DNA of 64,000 bases from Candidatus Caenarcanales bacterium. Lineage in GTDB: Bacteria; Cyanobacteriota; Vampirovibrionia; 2-02-FULL-35-15. The notes under the pieces are model-generated. The model worked only from the letters and a program-made list of their open reading frames with translations, ran no database searches and was not told where the DNA came from. Positions 48,856 through 57,247 of this stretch are shown here, in pieces (within the stretch, counting starts at the first letter, position 1; each line of letters opens with the position of its first letter). The stretch spans positions 55,355 through 119,354 of the forward strand of contig JAGVKQ010000010.1 in NCBI GenBank assembly GCA_020050435.1. The letters run 5' to 3'. A program made the translations under genes and the position numbers.

Positions 48856-51084
48856 TTATCGGTCAGACTGATTAACTAAATCTGACAGTGTGCGTTGTCT
48901 TTGAGGCAAAGGTAAACCTCTAATCTTTTTACATTCCTCACTTAAAAACCACTCTAGCTCTGAGATAAGCTTTATTTCTTTTTCAGATTCATCAGTAGCA
49001 CTTAAGCTAGAAACATAGACTACACCTAAGATTTTTAATTTTTCCATCTCTTTTAGTGCTGTAGGTTTTGAACATCCAAGAGCAACTTCTATTTGAGTAG
49101 TCTTAAGTTTTCCTTCTTTTTCAAGTAGTTTTCTAATTAGATTTGCTCTTACGTTAGGTGCACTATCAATAGATATTTCTATAGCAAGTTTAAGGTCTTC
49201 ATGATTAATAGATGTTCTTCCACAGGCTAAAGCATGACCCCTACAAAGGTTATATAAAAGCTGGTTTATCCTGTCTGGTTTTTCTATGACTAAGTTTGTA
49301 TGGTCATAGCTTTCACCATTTTGTGAACTATCCTTCCATACATTTATAGTTCCTCTTAGTTTTGCCAGTAGTTTTGCACATCTAGCTATAATCCTTAGGT
49401 TTTCAATATCTTCTTTAGACTTATCCCAGTCAATACCTTTAGGGTATTTATTCCATAGAGAGTACAAGAACTCCTTAGTAGTCTTTTTACACTTATTCTC
49501 TTTTATCTTATAAGAACTACCCATTAACTGATCTGCTAGTTCTGATTCAGACTTATCTTTTGAGTTCATGTTTAAGAAGAAGAGCCTAGCTCCTAGATTT
49601 CCCATTGTTTTCCATACCCTTGGCTGTATTGGTGTAGAACCAGCTACCATCATGAAAAGGTAGTCTCCTACATATTCTCTTTGACCATGGATACCACTAT
49701 CTGTCTGTAGTCCTTCACCATCAAGAACTCTAGTTAGAAGTCCTAAACTTTTTAACAAGTCATCATCTCTTTCACCAAATAGAGGTGCTAAATCTCTAAT
49801 GAGAAAAAGCTTGTATCTAATTCTTGGTAAAAGGTCTATGTCTTTCAATTGGTCTTTTCTAACATTTGTGGCATTAGATACAAATGAAGCTGGTGTAAAC
49901 TTGTCTGTTGAATAAGTTAAGTCTTTTATCTCTGAGAAAAAATTAATTGTAATTGTCTTACCTGCTGAAGGGACATCTATTAAAACTAGTGCAAAGGGAT
50001 TAGTTATATCATTTATAAGTAGCTGAGTAATTGTAGAAAGTATTACTTCTGCTGGGAAAGCACAATCTGGAAAGTTTGATTTTATAATATTTTTCCACTC
50101 TGAGAAAGTAACTTCATTTCTTGGTCTTTTTACCTCTTTTACTCTATTTACATCTTCAAATGAAACCATCTTTTTAACTAAGGATAAAAACTGATCTTTA
50201 GACCTTTTTTCATGAATAAAGAAATCAGTAATATCTTTATGACCTTCTTTCATATCTTCAGGAAGGTTTATTTTAAAAACTTCTGGTGAATCTAAATCAA
50301 CTATTCTTTTTACAAGTTCTAAAGCTGCTTTTTTACCTGGTTCATCTTTATCAAAACAGACTGTTACCTTATCTAAGTTTTTAATGTATTCAAACCACTC
50401 ATCTTTAAAAGTGCTACATCCACCAGTAGAGGTTATAGCTGGAATACCTTGACTGAGTAAAACCAAACAATCAAATTCACCTTCACAAATCATTATTTCA
50501 GAGCTTTCTTTTATGGCTTCTATATTAAAGAGTTGATGTTCAGCTCCTTTTGGATAAACAAGCATTTTAGGACTATCTGAAGTGTCATCTGGAAGTTTTC
50601 TAAGTTTTACTAAAGGATAATTACCATCTATATCTTTTATAGGTATAGTAATCCACTCTTTTCCATAGAAAGTACCAAACCCTAGTTTGAACTTATTTAT
50701 AAGGTCATCTGGAATACCTCTATTATTTAAATAGCTTCTTAAATCAGTAGTTAATGCATTATGCCAACTTTCTACTTGTTCAGGTGTAATAGGTTCAGGA
50801 TTTGAAGATTTCTCCTTCTTGCTTGGCTTGGTTTTATAGGATTTTAACTCATCGCCAAAATGCTTTGCTAGAGTTAAAAGATTTCCTTTACCGTCACACT
50901 TTTTACAGTGATACTGACCAGTTTCAGAGCACATATACATGTGTCTTTCTCCAGGTCTACTATCATCATCACAACCAAAGAGACAAGCTAAAACCAGCTC
51001 ATTTCCTGATTCTTTATACTCTATTCTTTTTTCATTTAGATATTCTTTGGGTGTAGTTTTCATATTAATCTTCCTTATATTCAT
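48856..51084 (-). CDS. Zinc-finger / Toprim primase fused to P-loop helicase-like ATPase with C-terminal winged-HTH
   Basis: N-terminal Cys pairs (CLFGC...HCKKCDG), Toprim (ICEGEFDC...CFDKDEPG), Walker A (DVPSAGKT), Walker B-like (LFLIRDL), and a C-terminal HTH-like segment (TTQIEVALGCSKPTALKEMEKL). Confidence 0.7.
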   Translation of the reverse strand: MNIRKINMKTTPKEYLNEKRIEYKESGNELVLACLFGCDDDSRPGERHMYMCSETGQYHCKKCDGKGNLLTLAKHFGDELKSYKTKPSKKEKSSNPEPITPEQVESWHNALTTDLRSYLNNRGIPDDLINKFKLGFGTFYGKEWITIPIKDIDGNYPLVKLRKLPDDTSDSPKMLVYPKGAEHQLFNIEAIKESSEIMICEGEFDCLVLLSQGIPAITSTGGCSTFKDEWFEYIKNLDKVTVCFDKDEPGKKAALELVKRIVDLDSPEVFKINLPEDMKEGHKDITDFFIHEKRSKDQFLSLVKKMVSFEDVNRVKEVKRPRNEVTFSEWKNIIKSNFPDCAFPAEVILSTITQLLINDITNPFALVLIDVPSAGKTITINFFSEIKDLTYSTDKFTPASFVSNATNVRKDQLKDIDLLPRIRYKLFLIRDLAPLFGERDDDLLKSLGLLTRVLDGEGLQTDSGIHGQREYVGDYLFMMVAGSTPIQPRVWKTMGNLGARLFFLNMNSKDKSESELADQLMGSSYKIKENKCKKTTKEFLYSLWNKYPKGIDWDKSKEDIENLRIIARCAKLLAKLRGTINVWKDSSQNGESYDHTNLVIEKPDRINQLLYNLCRGHALACGRTSINHEDLKLAIEISIDSAPNVRANLIRKLLEKEGKLKTTQIEVALGCSKPTALKEMEKLKILGVVYVSSLSATDESEKEIKLISELEWFLSEECKKIRGLPLPQRQRTLSDLVNQSDR

Positions 51085-51107
51085 AAAAAACTTTGAAGTG
51101 GCTTACA

Positions 51108-51347
51108 TTATTTTTGATAAATTCTGGTTTTAAGAAGTTTTAAGGAATTAAAGTATTTTATTGGACTAACCTTTAAGGTGTCAGACCAATATTTCTCTAA
51201 AACCAAATCAAGTTTGTCGTTTTTGTCATTGCGTTCAAAAATAAACTCTACTCTTGTTGGATCATTCTTTTTTATGGAATAATCAGGACAATAAAGAACT
51301 AAACAAGCTGACAATGCAAGGTCTGTAGTTCTATAGTGATTTTTCAT
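51108..51347 (-). CDS. 79-aa protein, resembles the DUF5659 family seen in phages/mobile elements (from memory)
   Basis: YRTTDLALSACLVL...VEFIFE...Y...F..LK.LK..I is the pattern I associate with DUF5659. Unverified. Confidence 0.35.
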   Translation of the reverse strand: MKNHYRTTDLALSACLVLYCPDYSIKKNDPTRVEFIFERNDKNDKLDLVLEKYWSDTLKVSPIKYFNSLKLLKTRIYQK

Positions 51348-51423
51348 ATTAATTTCCTTTCTTCTTAATCAGTTCAGAAAACAAAAAAGCCAAAGCTTTT
51401 ATACTTTGACTTTACTAAATTCC

Positions 51424-51456
51424 TTGTCTGCTATTGTCTGGCAGATTTCTGGCAGA
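51424..51456. promoter_or_regulatory. Iterated TTGTCTG / TCTGGCAGA sites with 10-11-bp periodicity (operator/iteron-like)
   Basis: TTGTCTGctaTTGTCTGGCAGAttTCTGGCAGA. The two TCTGgCAGA units are each palindromic. They lie between the stop of the 521-aa gene and the DUF5659-like/primase module. Confidence 0.4.
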
Positions 51457-53022
51457 CTAACTCGAATAGTTTCTTATTACACCTTTGTTTTTATATGTTA
51501 GGAGCTCATCATTGGTGTTTAAGATCAATTTTACTTTTTCATTAATTCCTGAAACTGCATTATTTATTTTTTTCCATTGCTTTGGTTCAGGATCATCAAT
51601 TCCTGCTATAGATTCATAAATTTCATCCCAAGAATAGTGTTTTTTAGGTTCTTGCTCAAACATAAATTTGCAGACATAGTATTGATTTGTGTCTTTACCG
51701 AATAAAATAGTCTTGGTTCCTAATATCAGTTCTCCGTTCTCGTTACCATTATCAAGATTAAAACTTATTTCAATGTCTTTTAAAAATACTTTTTCTGTTT
51801 TATGTGGATCAGCTATTTTAATTTTTTCGCTCGGATTAACTAATGCCTTTTCCAGTTTATTAGTATCAGCTACTAATCTTATAAATATGTCATCTTTATC
51901 TGACCATTTTATTTTATAATTACCAATTTGAAGTATCTCTATTAAACCTTCGTATTCTAAAGCACAGACTGTTCTAAGTAAATCAATGTCTGGATCTTTA
52001 ATTGAATTAAAAGAAATAACAATTTGTTCAGTCTTATATTTTCCATATAAGTTTAGAATTTCTTTTATAACTATTTGCTTTTGTGTACTATAGGGATAAA
52101 AGTTATATGCCCAAAGAGCATTTGCATTTCCTTCATGTTGTTTATAATATCTGTTTTCGTTTCTAGAACTTTGAGCATTTAATTTTATTATATCCATTCC
52201 TGCTTCATTTAGCTTTAACTTTTTATCATCATAAATATATTTTTCAATCTCAGTATTTATTTCTTTTAAAATAGCTTCATGCTGTGAAAAAGTTGTAAGG
52301 TTTCCATCATCATCTTCAATATGTTCTTCATTAAAACAAGTTGTATCTATTGCTATATATTCATTGTCAAGTTTTTCGGGAGAATTGTCTAATTCTTCAA
52401 AAAGTTTAAAATTAAAATCATCATCTTTATCCCACAGATTAAAATCATCTGATGTGTTACCCCCAAAACCAATTAAATCTCTAGAATATAAGTCACTTAT
52501 TATGTCCATTATTTGATATAAAGTGTTGTTCTGGAGTGAAAGAGAAGAAAATTCATAAGGGATATCGTCTATGTAATCTGCTTCCACCACTATTTTCATT
52601 TTTAAATAAAGCTCTAAAGATCTAGTTATTTCTTCTCGCTTAACTTCACCCATATAATAATGTAGGCAATCTTTGGTATATATCTTATTTTTGTATAAAA
52701 AAAGCTCGTTATGCAACAAGATTATAGTTAGCTCTTTTTCTAATAGTTTAAATTCTTCAACGTTTAGTTGATAATATAAATTATTTAAGAGTTCTTCTAT
52801 TAATTTAAAGAGTAAGATATGGTCTTTTTTCCCCCTAGAACTTCCTAAATGTTGAAAAACTGATTTAAATAATTCATAGCCAGATTTTTTACTTGAATGG
52901 AATATGCTTTTATAAGCATTTATATCTTTAAGAACTTTTGTTATGTCTAGCGAAGGGAGCCTGTAAAATAGCTCCTTAGTAATTAGATTAAGGTTTTTGG
53001 GGTTAATTAGATGTTTTGACAT
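51457..53022 (-). CDS. 521-aa orphan protein, putative partner of the SIR2 protein
   Basis: Long ORF 100 nt downstream of the SIR2 gene on the same strand. It has an acidic central segment. No Walker A, TIR, nuclease or protease motif is visible. Confidence 0.5.
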   Translation of the reverse strand: MSKHLINPKNLNLITKELFYRLPSLDITKVLKDINAYKSIFHSSKKSGYELFKSVFQHLGSSRGKKDHILLFKLIEELLNNLYYQLNVEEFKLLEKELTIILLHNELFLYKNKIYTKDCLHYYMGEVKREEITRSLELYLKMKIVVEADYIDDIPYEFSSLSLQNNTLYQIMDIISDLYSRDLIGFGGNTSDDFNLWDKDDDFNFKLFEELDNSPEKLDNEYIAIDTTCFNEEHIEDDDGNLTTFSQHEAILKEINTEIEKYIYDDKKLKLNEAGMDIIKLNAQSSRNENRYYKQHEGNANALWAYNFYPYSTQKQIVIKEILNLYGKYKTEQIVISFNSIKDPDIDLLRTVCALEYEGLIEILQIGNYKIKWSDKDDIFIRLVADTNKLEKALVNPSEKIKIADPHKTEKVFLKDIEISFNLDNGNENGELILGTKTILFGKDTNQYYVCKFMFEQEPKKHYSWDEIYESIAGIDDPEPKQWKKINNAVSGINEKVKLILNTNDELLTYKNKGVIRNYSS

Positions 53023-53059
53023 TATAATTCATCTTAATTTAAATCCTAATCTTTAGTTA

Positions 53060-53098
53060 TCTAGAACCTATTCTAGAATAGTAAATGAATATTTTCAA
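53060..53098 (-). promoter_or_regulatory. Candidate sigma70-type promoter TTGAAA-N17-TAGAAT whose -10 lies inside the palindrome TCTAGAA-CCTA-TTCTAGA
   Basis: On the minus strand, the -35 is at 53093-53098 and the -10 at 53070-53075. The 18-bp palindrome spans 53060-53077. The site is about 45 nt upstream of the 521-aa gene ATG. Confidence 0.4.
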
Positions 53099-53121
53099 AT
53101 TTAATCAAATTTTCAGCTCAA

Positions 53122-54291
53122 TTAACATCCTCCGCTTGATTTTTGCACAGGCTTTTTTCTGTTAGGTTGCATTGCTTCCAACAAGTTTTTAAATATTCCT
53201 TCTGTTAGAAAAGAATTGAACCCAGTATTAAAGAATTCTATATTTTTGTATATTTGCTTATATCGGTAGAGCAATTTATTATTACTAACTTTGTTTAAAT
53301 CTACAATAATAACTTTTTTGGGTTGGTTTATAAAACTTGCTCTTTTTAAAAATTGCCACATATGAATATCTGCTAAAGGTAACGAATAGCCAACAAAAAT
53401 TAAATAATCAGATTCTATTATGGAAGAAAATGCTTTCTTCCATAAGTTTGATATTGCGGGAATATCTAGCTTTTTGGATAAGGTTGGAGGGATAATTAAA
53501 ATTCTTGCTGGTTGACTATCTCTTGGGCAAGTTAAGCTTTCTTCTTCAAGATGATCAAATAAAGTTTTTATTTTAAAATCTTTTGGTTTAGGAATGTCAC
53601 ATCCCTGCTCTGGTCTGTTTTCATAGCAAATTCCAAAAGGTATTAATTCGACTGATTTACAATATGGACAATACTTGAAAGATAGGCTGCCATGCAATTT
53701 ATAAATGTCTAATTTGTCTGGGTTGTCATGAGCAGGTTCAATCCACCAGTTAAATGGATCAGACATAATATCTTCATAATTTGTAAAATCTATTCCAAGA
53801 TTTATAGTGGGATTAAAACTAGTGCAGGCATTTTCTAACAATGTATCATAATTCATGGTAATAAAAGAAACCTCAGAAAAGTATAAATTAGACTCTTTTA
53901 TTTGGTCTAAAAGGTTTCTGTATGAATTATATTTGTTATATGAATTAGAGGTATTTATTGCTTCTATTAGGCAGGCAATCAATGCATTTTTTATTTTTAA
54001 GAGATTACTTTTAGAATATTCACTTTTAAGAGGTGCTTCATCATCAGTAGACAAATCAATTAATGCCAAAATATGTTCAAGCGTTGGTAAAGAATGTTTA
54101 TCGCTTAGTGTTTCAGGATCTATATTATAGACATCTTTTAAAAAACTTATAAAAAGCTTTCCAGTTTCTGATTCTTTTAATTTCTTATTTTTTAAGATAC
54201 TAGATAATATCTCATCTTGAAGCGGATACCCTTGTGCATAAGATGCACCAGCACCAAAAATAAAAGATATTTTCTTATGTTGCATATTCAA
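53122..54291 (-). CDS. SIR2_2-family (sirtuin-like, NAD+-binding) protein with Cys-rich insert
   Basis: Rossmann motif FGAGAS (aa 12-17), TMNYD (N147/D149), KLHGS (H200), FVGYSLPLADIH, and CPYC plus further Cys residues between them. This is the motif order of SIR2-like defence NADases. Confidence 0.8.
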   Translation of the reverse strand: MNMQHKKISFIFGAGASYAQGYPLQDEILSSILKNKKLKESETGKLFISFLKDVYNIDPETLSDKHSLPTLEHILALIDLSTDDEAPLKSEYSKSNLLKIKNALIACLIEAINTSNSYNKYNSYRNLLDQIKESNLYFSEVSFITMNYDTLLENACTSFNPTINLGIDFTNYEDIMSDPFNWWIEPAHDNPDKLDIYKLHGSLSFKYCPYCKSVELIPFGICYENRPEQGCDIPKPKDFKIKTLFDHLEEESLTCPRDSQPARILIIPPTLSKKLDIPAISNLWKKAFSSIIESDYLIFVGYSLPLADIHMWQFLKRASFINQPKKVIIVDLNKVSNNKLLYRYKQIYKNIEFFNTGFNSFLTEGIFKNLLEAMQPNRKKPVQKSSGGC

Positions 54292-54376
54292 AATTACTTA
54301 TCTACTTAAAGTTTTCTTCCCAACCCAAAACCCATCTTGGGTTAACTGAAGAAATTATTACATAGGACTTTAAAAG

Positions 54377-54607
54377 TTACTCTAAATCTGAAAGTAATAC
54401 TGAAGGTTTAACTTTTAATGCTTTTGCTATCTTTACAAGATTATAAATAGTAATATTTCTAGTAGCACATTCAACATGACTCATAAACGTACGATGTATG
54501 CCGGCTCTTTCAGCTAGTTCTTCTTGGGAAATCCCTTGCTTTTCCCTTAGCTTCCTTATGGTATAGCCTACAACATGACCGATTTCTTTAGACTTCTTAT
54601 CTGCCAT
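54377..54607 (-). CDS. XRE-family helix-turn-helix transcriptional regulator
   Basis: IRKLREKQGISQEELAERAGIHRTFMSHVECATRNITIYNLVKIAKAL is a canonical HTH_3 sequence. The gene is divergent from mod and upstream of SIR2. Confidence 0.8.
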   Translation of the reverse strand: MADKKSKEIGHVVGYTIRKLREKQGISQEELAERAGIHRTFMSHVECATRNITIYNLVKIAKALKVKPSVLLSDLE

Positions 54608-54630
54608 ACAAGGCAGAATAATCTTCTGCT

Positions 54631-54672
54631 GACTATACGTCTACACTCTAGTCGTAACTAAAATGATAGAAT
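54631..54672. promoter_or_regulatory. Divergent control region: GACTA-N13-TAGTC inverted repeat plus extended -10 (TGATAGAAT) for mod
   Basis: The inverted repeat spans 54631-54653. TGnTAGAAT at 54664-54672 lies 40 nt upstream of the mod ATG. A minus-strand TATAGT (54633-54638) is a possible -10 for the HTH gene. Confidence 0.35.
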
Positions 54673-54712
54673 ACAGTCTTATCTAGATTAAACAAAAATT
54701 AACATTAAAATC

Positions 54713-57238
54713 ATGCCTCGAACTAAGGGAAAAACAAAAAGCAACAAATCCACTAGTTCTGTAAAAGAAGTAGATTCTTATAACCATGAAGGCAAAAAGA
54801 GAAAAAACATTCCACAAGTTGGCCTGGTCTCAAGTGTTACAGATAAGCTAAATGGACGTACTAAATACCAGCATGATCCACACATTGACCCATGTTTAGG
54901 CTGGGCTGGTAAAGCTGAAGGGTTAAGTTTTGAAGTACAAAATGTCAGCCTTCATATACATGAAAGAATAGACCCTAAAAGAGTAATCAAGCAATTTCTA
55001 AAAGAAGAAGAGCAAATTCAAGAAAAACAGCTTTCACTTTTTCAACAACCTAATAACGAACCCCCATTAAATAGGGCTATCGATTTTTATTCACACGACC
55101 AGGACTGGACAAATAGATTAATTGCAGGTGATTCTCTTTTAGTAATGAACAGTCTTTTACACAAAGAAAGTATGGCTGGTAAGGTTCAAATGGTTTATAT
55201 CGACCCACCATATGGAGTTAAATATAATTCTAATTTTCAACCCTTTGTTAATAAAAAAGAGGTTAAAGACAATAAAGATGAAGATTTGCCTACAGAGCCA
55301 GAAACCATTAGAGCTTTTAGAGATACTTGGGAGTTAGGAATACATTCATACCTACAATACTTAAAAGATAGGTTACTGCTCACTAAGCAGCTATTGACTG
55401 AGTCAGGAAGTTGTTTTGTGCAAATCTCTGATGAGAATGTCCACCATGTTAGAGAGATAATGGATGAAGTATTTGGTACAGGTAATTTTATTTCAGTTAT
55501 CCCTTTTCGTAAAACCGTTGGTGCTACTTCCAATATGTTACCCACAGTTAATGATTATATTGTTTGGTATGCTAAATCAAAAAATATGCTGAAATTTAAT
55601 CCTCTCTTTACCGAAAGAGCTAATATTTTGGATTCAAAATTCTCATTGTATGAAAATGAGAAAGGCGATTTAATTTCATTAGAAGGTTTGGATATCAACA
55701 AAATTAAACTGGATAAATTAGTAGCATTAGATGATTTAACTTCTCAAGATCCAACGAAAACAGGCAACTTTCAAATTACTTTTAATAAGAAAACTTATCT
55801 CCCTGGTAGTAACCGACATTGGAGAACTACTAAAGAAGGAATTGACCGTCTCATTGAGTTAAATCGAATTATTGAGAGGGGGGCAAAGATTCTTTATAAA
55901 AGGTATTTAGGAGATTTCTCTTTGCTTCCACTAAATAATTTTTGGTTTGACACAGTAAATAGTTTTGAGAAACGCATTTATGTAGTTCAAACGACTCAAT
56001 TGGTTGTTCAGAGATGCCTATTAATGACTACCGATCCAGGAGACTTAATACTTGATCCTACTTGCGGATCAGGAACTACTGCCTATGTAGCGGAACAATG
56101 GGGTAGAAGATGGATAACATGTGATTCATCAAGAGTCGCTATTACGCTGGCAAAACAAAGACTTATGACTGCCAGATTCGATTACTATAAACTTGCATAT
56201 GAGAATGAAGGTATTAAAAGCGGATTTGAATATAAAAGGGTACCTCATATTACTTTACGTTCTATTGCAAATAATGAGCCCTCTCAAGAAGAAGTATTAT
56301 ATGATCAGCCCAGTTCAGATTCTAAAAAAACTAGAGTTACTGGACCCTTTACAGCAGAAGCTGTGCCTTGTCTTAGAACAAAACCATTTTCAGATGCTAA
56401 TAACCATATAGAAACTAATGGAAATCAAATAGCAAAGCTTGGTGAAACAGGAAATTATAAAGAATGGATGGATGAGCTTAAAGCTACAGGTATAAGAGCT
56501 GCTGGGAATAGGCTTATAAAGTTTTCTAGAATAGAACCTATGCCTGGAACTAGGTTTTTACATGCAGAAGCAGAAGTTTTAGAAGATACAGGAAAAACAA
56601 AAAAGGCTATTGTAAGTTTTGGTCCTGATTTTGGTCCTCTTGAACAAAGGCAAATCGAAATTGCTTTAAATGAAGTTAGAGACTTAAAAGATAAACCTGA
56701 TTTAGTAATATTTACAGCATTTCACTTTGATCCTGAAGCTGCTAAAGATATTGATCACATTGAAATAAAAGGAATTACCGTTCTTAAAGCTCAGATGAGT
56801 GGTGATTTACTTACTGCTGACCTTAGAAAGAAAAGAAGTTCTAACCAAAGCTTTTGGTTAATTGGTGAACCTGATATAGATATTACTAAAAATAAAGATG
56901 GTGCATATAAGGTTAAAGTAAATGGTTTTGATTACTATAATCCTATTTCTGGTGAATTGGAACCTGGTAGTTCAAAGAAAATAGCTATGTGGATGTTAGA
57001 CACTGACTATGATGAAAGAAGTATTTTCCCTGAACAAATATTTTTCCCTATGCAAAATGAAAAATTGAGCTGGGAAAAATTAGCTAAATCTTTAAATAGT
57101 CAGGTGGATGAAGAAAAGCTTGAGGCATTTAAAGGTGTTGAATCACTTCCATTTAAAGCAGGTGTAAATAGAAAAATAGCAGTAAAAATTATTGATGACA
57201 GAGGCATTGAAAGTTTAGTGGTTAAGAATCTACCATAA
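54713..57238 (+). CDS. mod: Type III-like R-M methyltransferase (Mod), N6-adenine/N4-cytosine beta class
   Basis: Motif IV DPPY (aa 164-167, nt 55202-55213) precedes motif I DPTCGSGTT (aa 448-456), which is the beta-class order. About 385 aa lie C-terminal to motif I. Confidence 0.8.
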   Translation: MPRTKGKTKSNKSTSSVKEVDSYNHEGKKRKNIPQVGLVSSVTDKLNGRTKYQHDPHIDPCLGWAGKAEGLSFEVQNVSLHIHERIDPKRVIKQFLKEEEQIQEKQLSLFQQPNNEPPLNRAIDFYSHDQDWTNRLIAGDSLLVMNSLLHKESMAGKVQMVYIDPPYGVKYNSNFQPFVNKKEVKDNKDEDLPTEPETIRAFRDTWELGIHSYLQYLKDRLLLTKQLLTESGSCFVQISDENVHHVREIMDEVFGTGNFISVIPFRKTVGATSNMLPTVNDYIVWYAKSKNMLKFNPLFTERANILDSKFSLYENEKGDLISLEGLDINKIKLDKLVALDDLTSQDPTKTGNFQITFNKKTYLPGSNRHWRTTKEGIDRLIELNRIIERGAKILYKRYLGDFSLLPLNNFWFDTVNSFEKRIYVVQTTQLVVQRCLLMTTDPGDLILDPTCGSGTTAYVAEQWGRRWITCDSSRVAITLAKQRLMTARFDYYKLAYENEGIKSGFEYKRVPHITLRSIANNEPSQEEVLYDQPSSDSKKTRVTGPFTAEAVPCLRTKPFSDANNHIETNGNQIAKLGETGNYKEWMDELKATGIRAAGNRLIKFSRIEPMPGTRFLHAEAEVLEDTGKTKKAIVSFGPDFGPLEQRQIEIALNEVRDLKDKPDLVIFTAFHFDPEAAKDIDHIEIKGITVLKAQMSGDLLTADLRKKRSSNQSFWLIGEPDIDITKNKDGAYKVKVNGFDYYNPISGELEPGSSKKIAMWMLDTDYDERSIFPEQIFFPMQNEKLSWEKLAKSLNSQVDEEKLEAFKGVESLPFKAGVNRKIAVKIIDDRGIESLVVKNLP

Positions 57239-57247
57239 GGATTTATT

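Noticed and set aside
54322-54343. Hairpin AACCCAA-N8-TTGGGTT between the HTH and SIR2 genes as an intrinsic terminator.
   Set aside because: The stem is only 7 bp and no U-tract follows on the transcribed (minus) strand. It may still be an attenuator or processing site, but it cannot be called a terminator.
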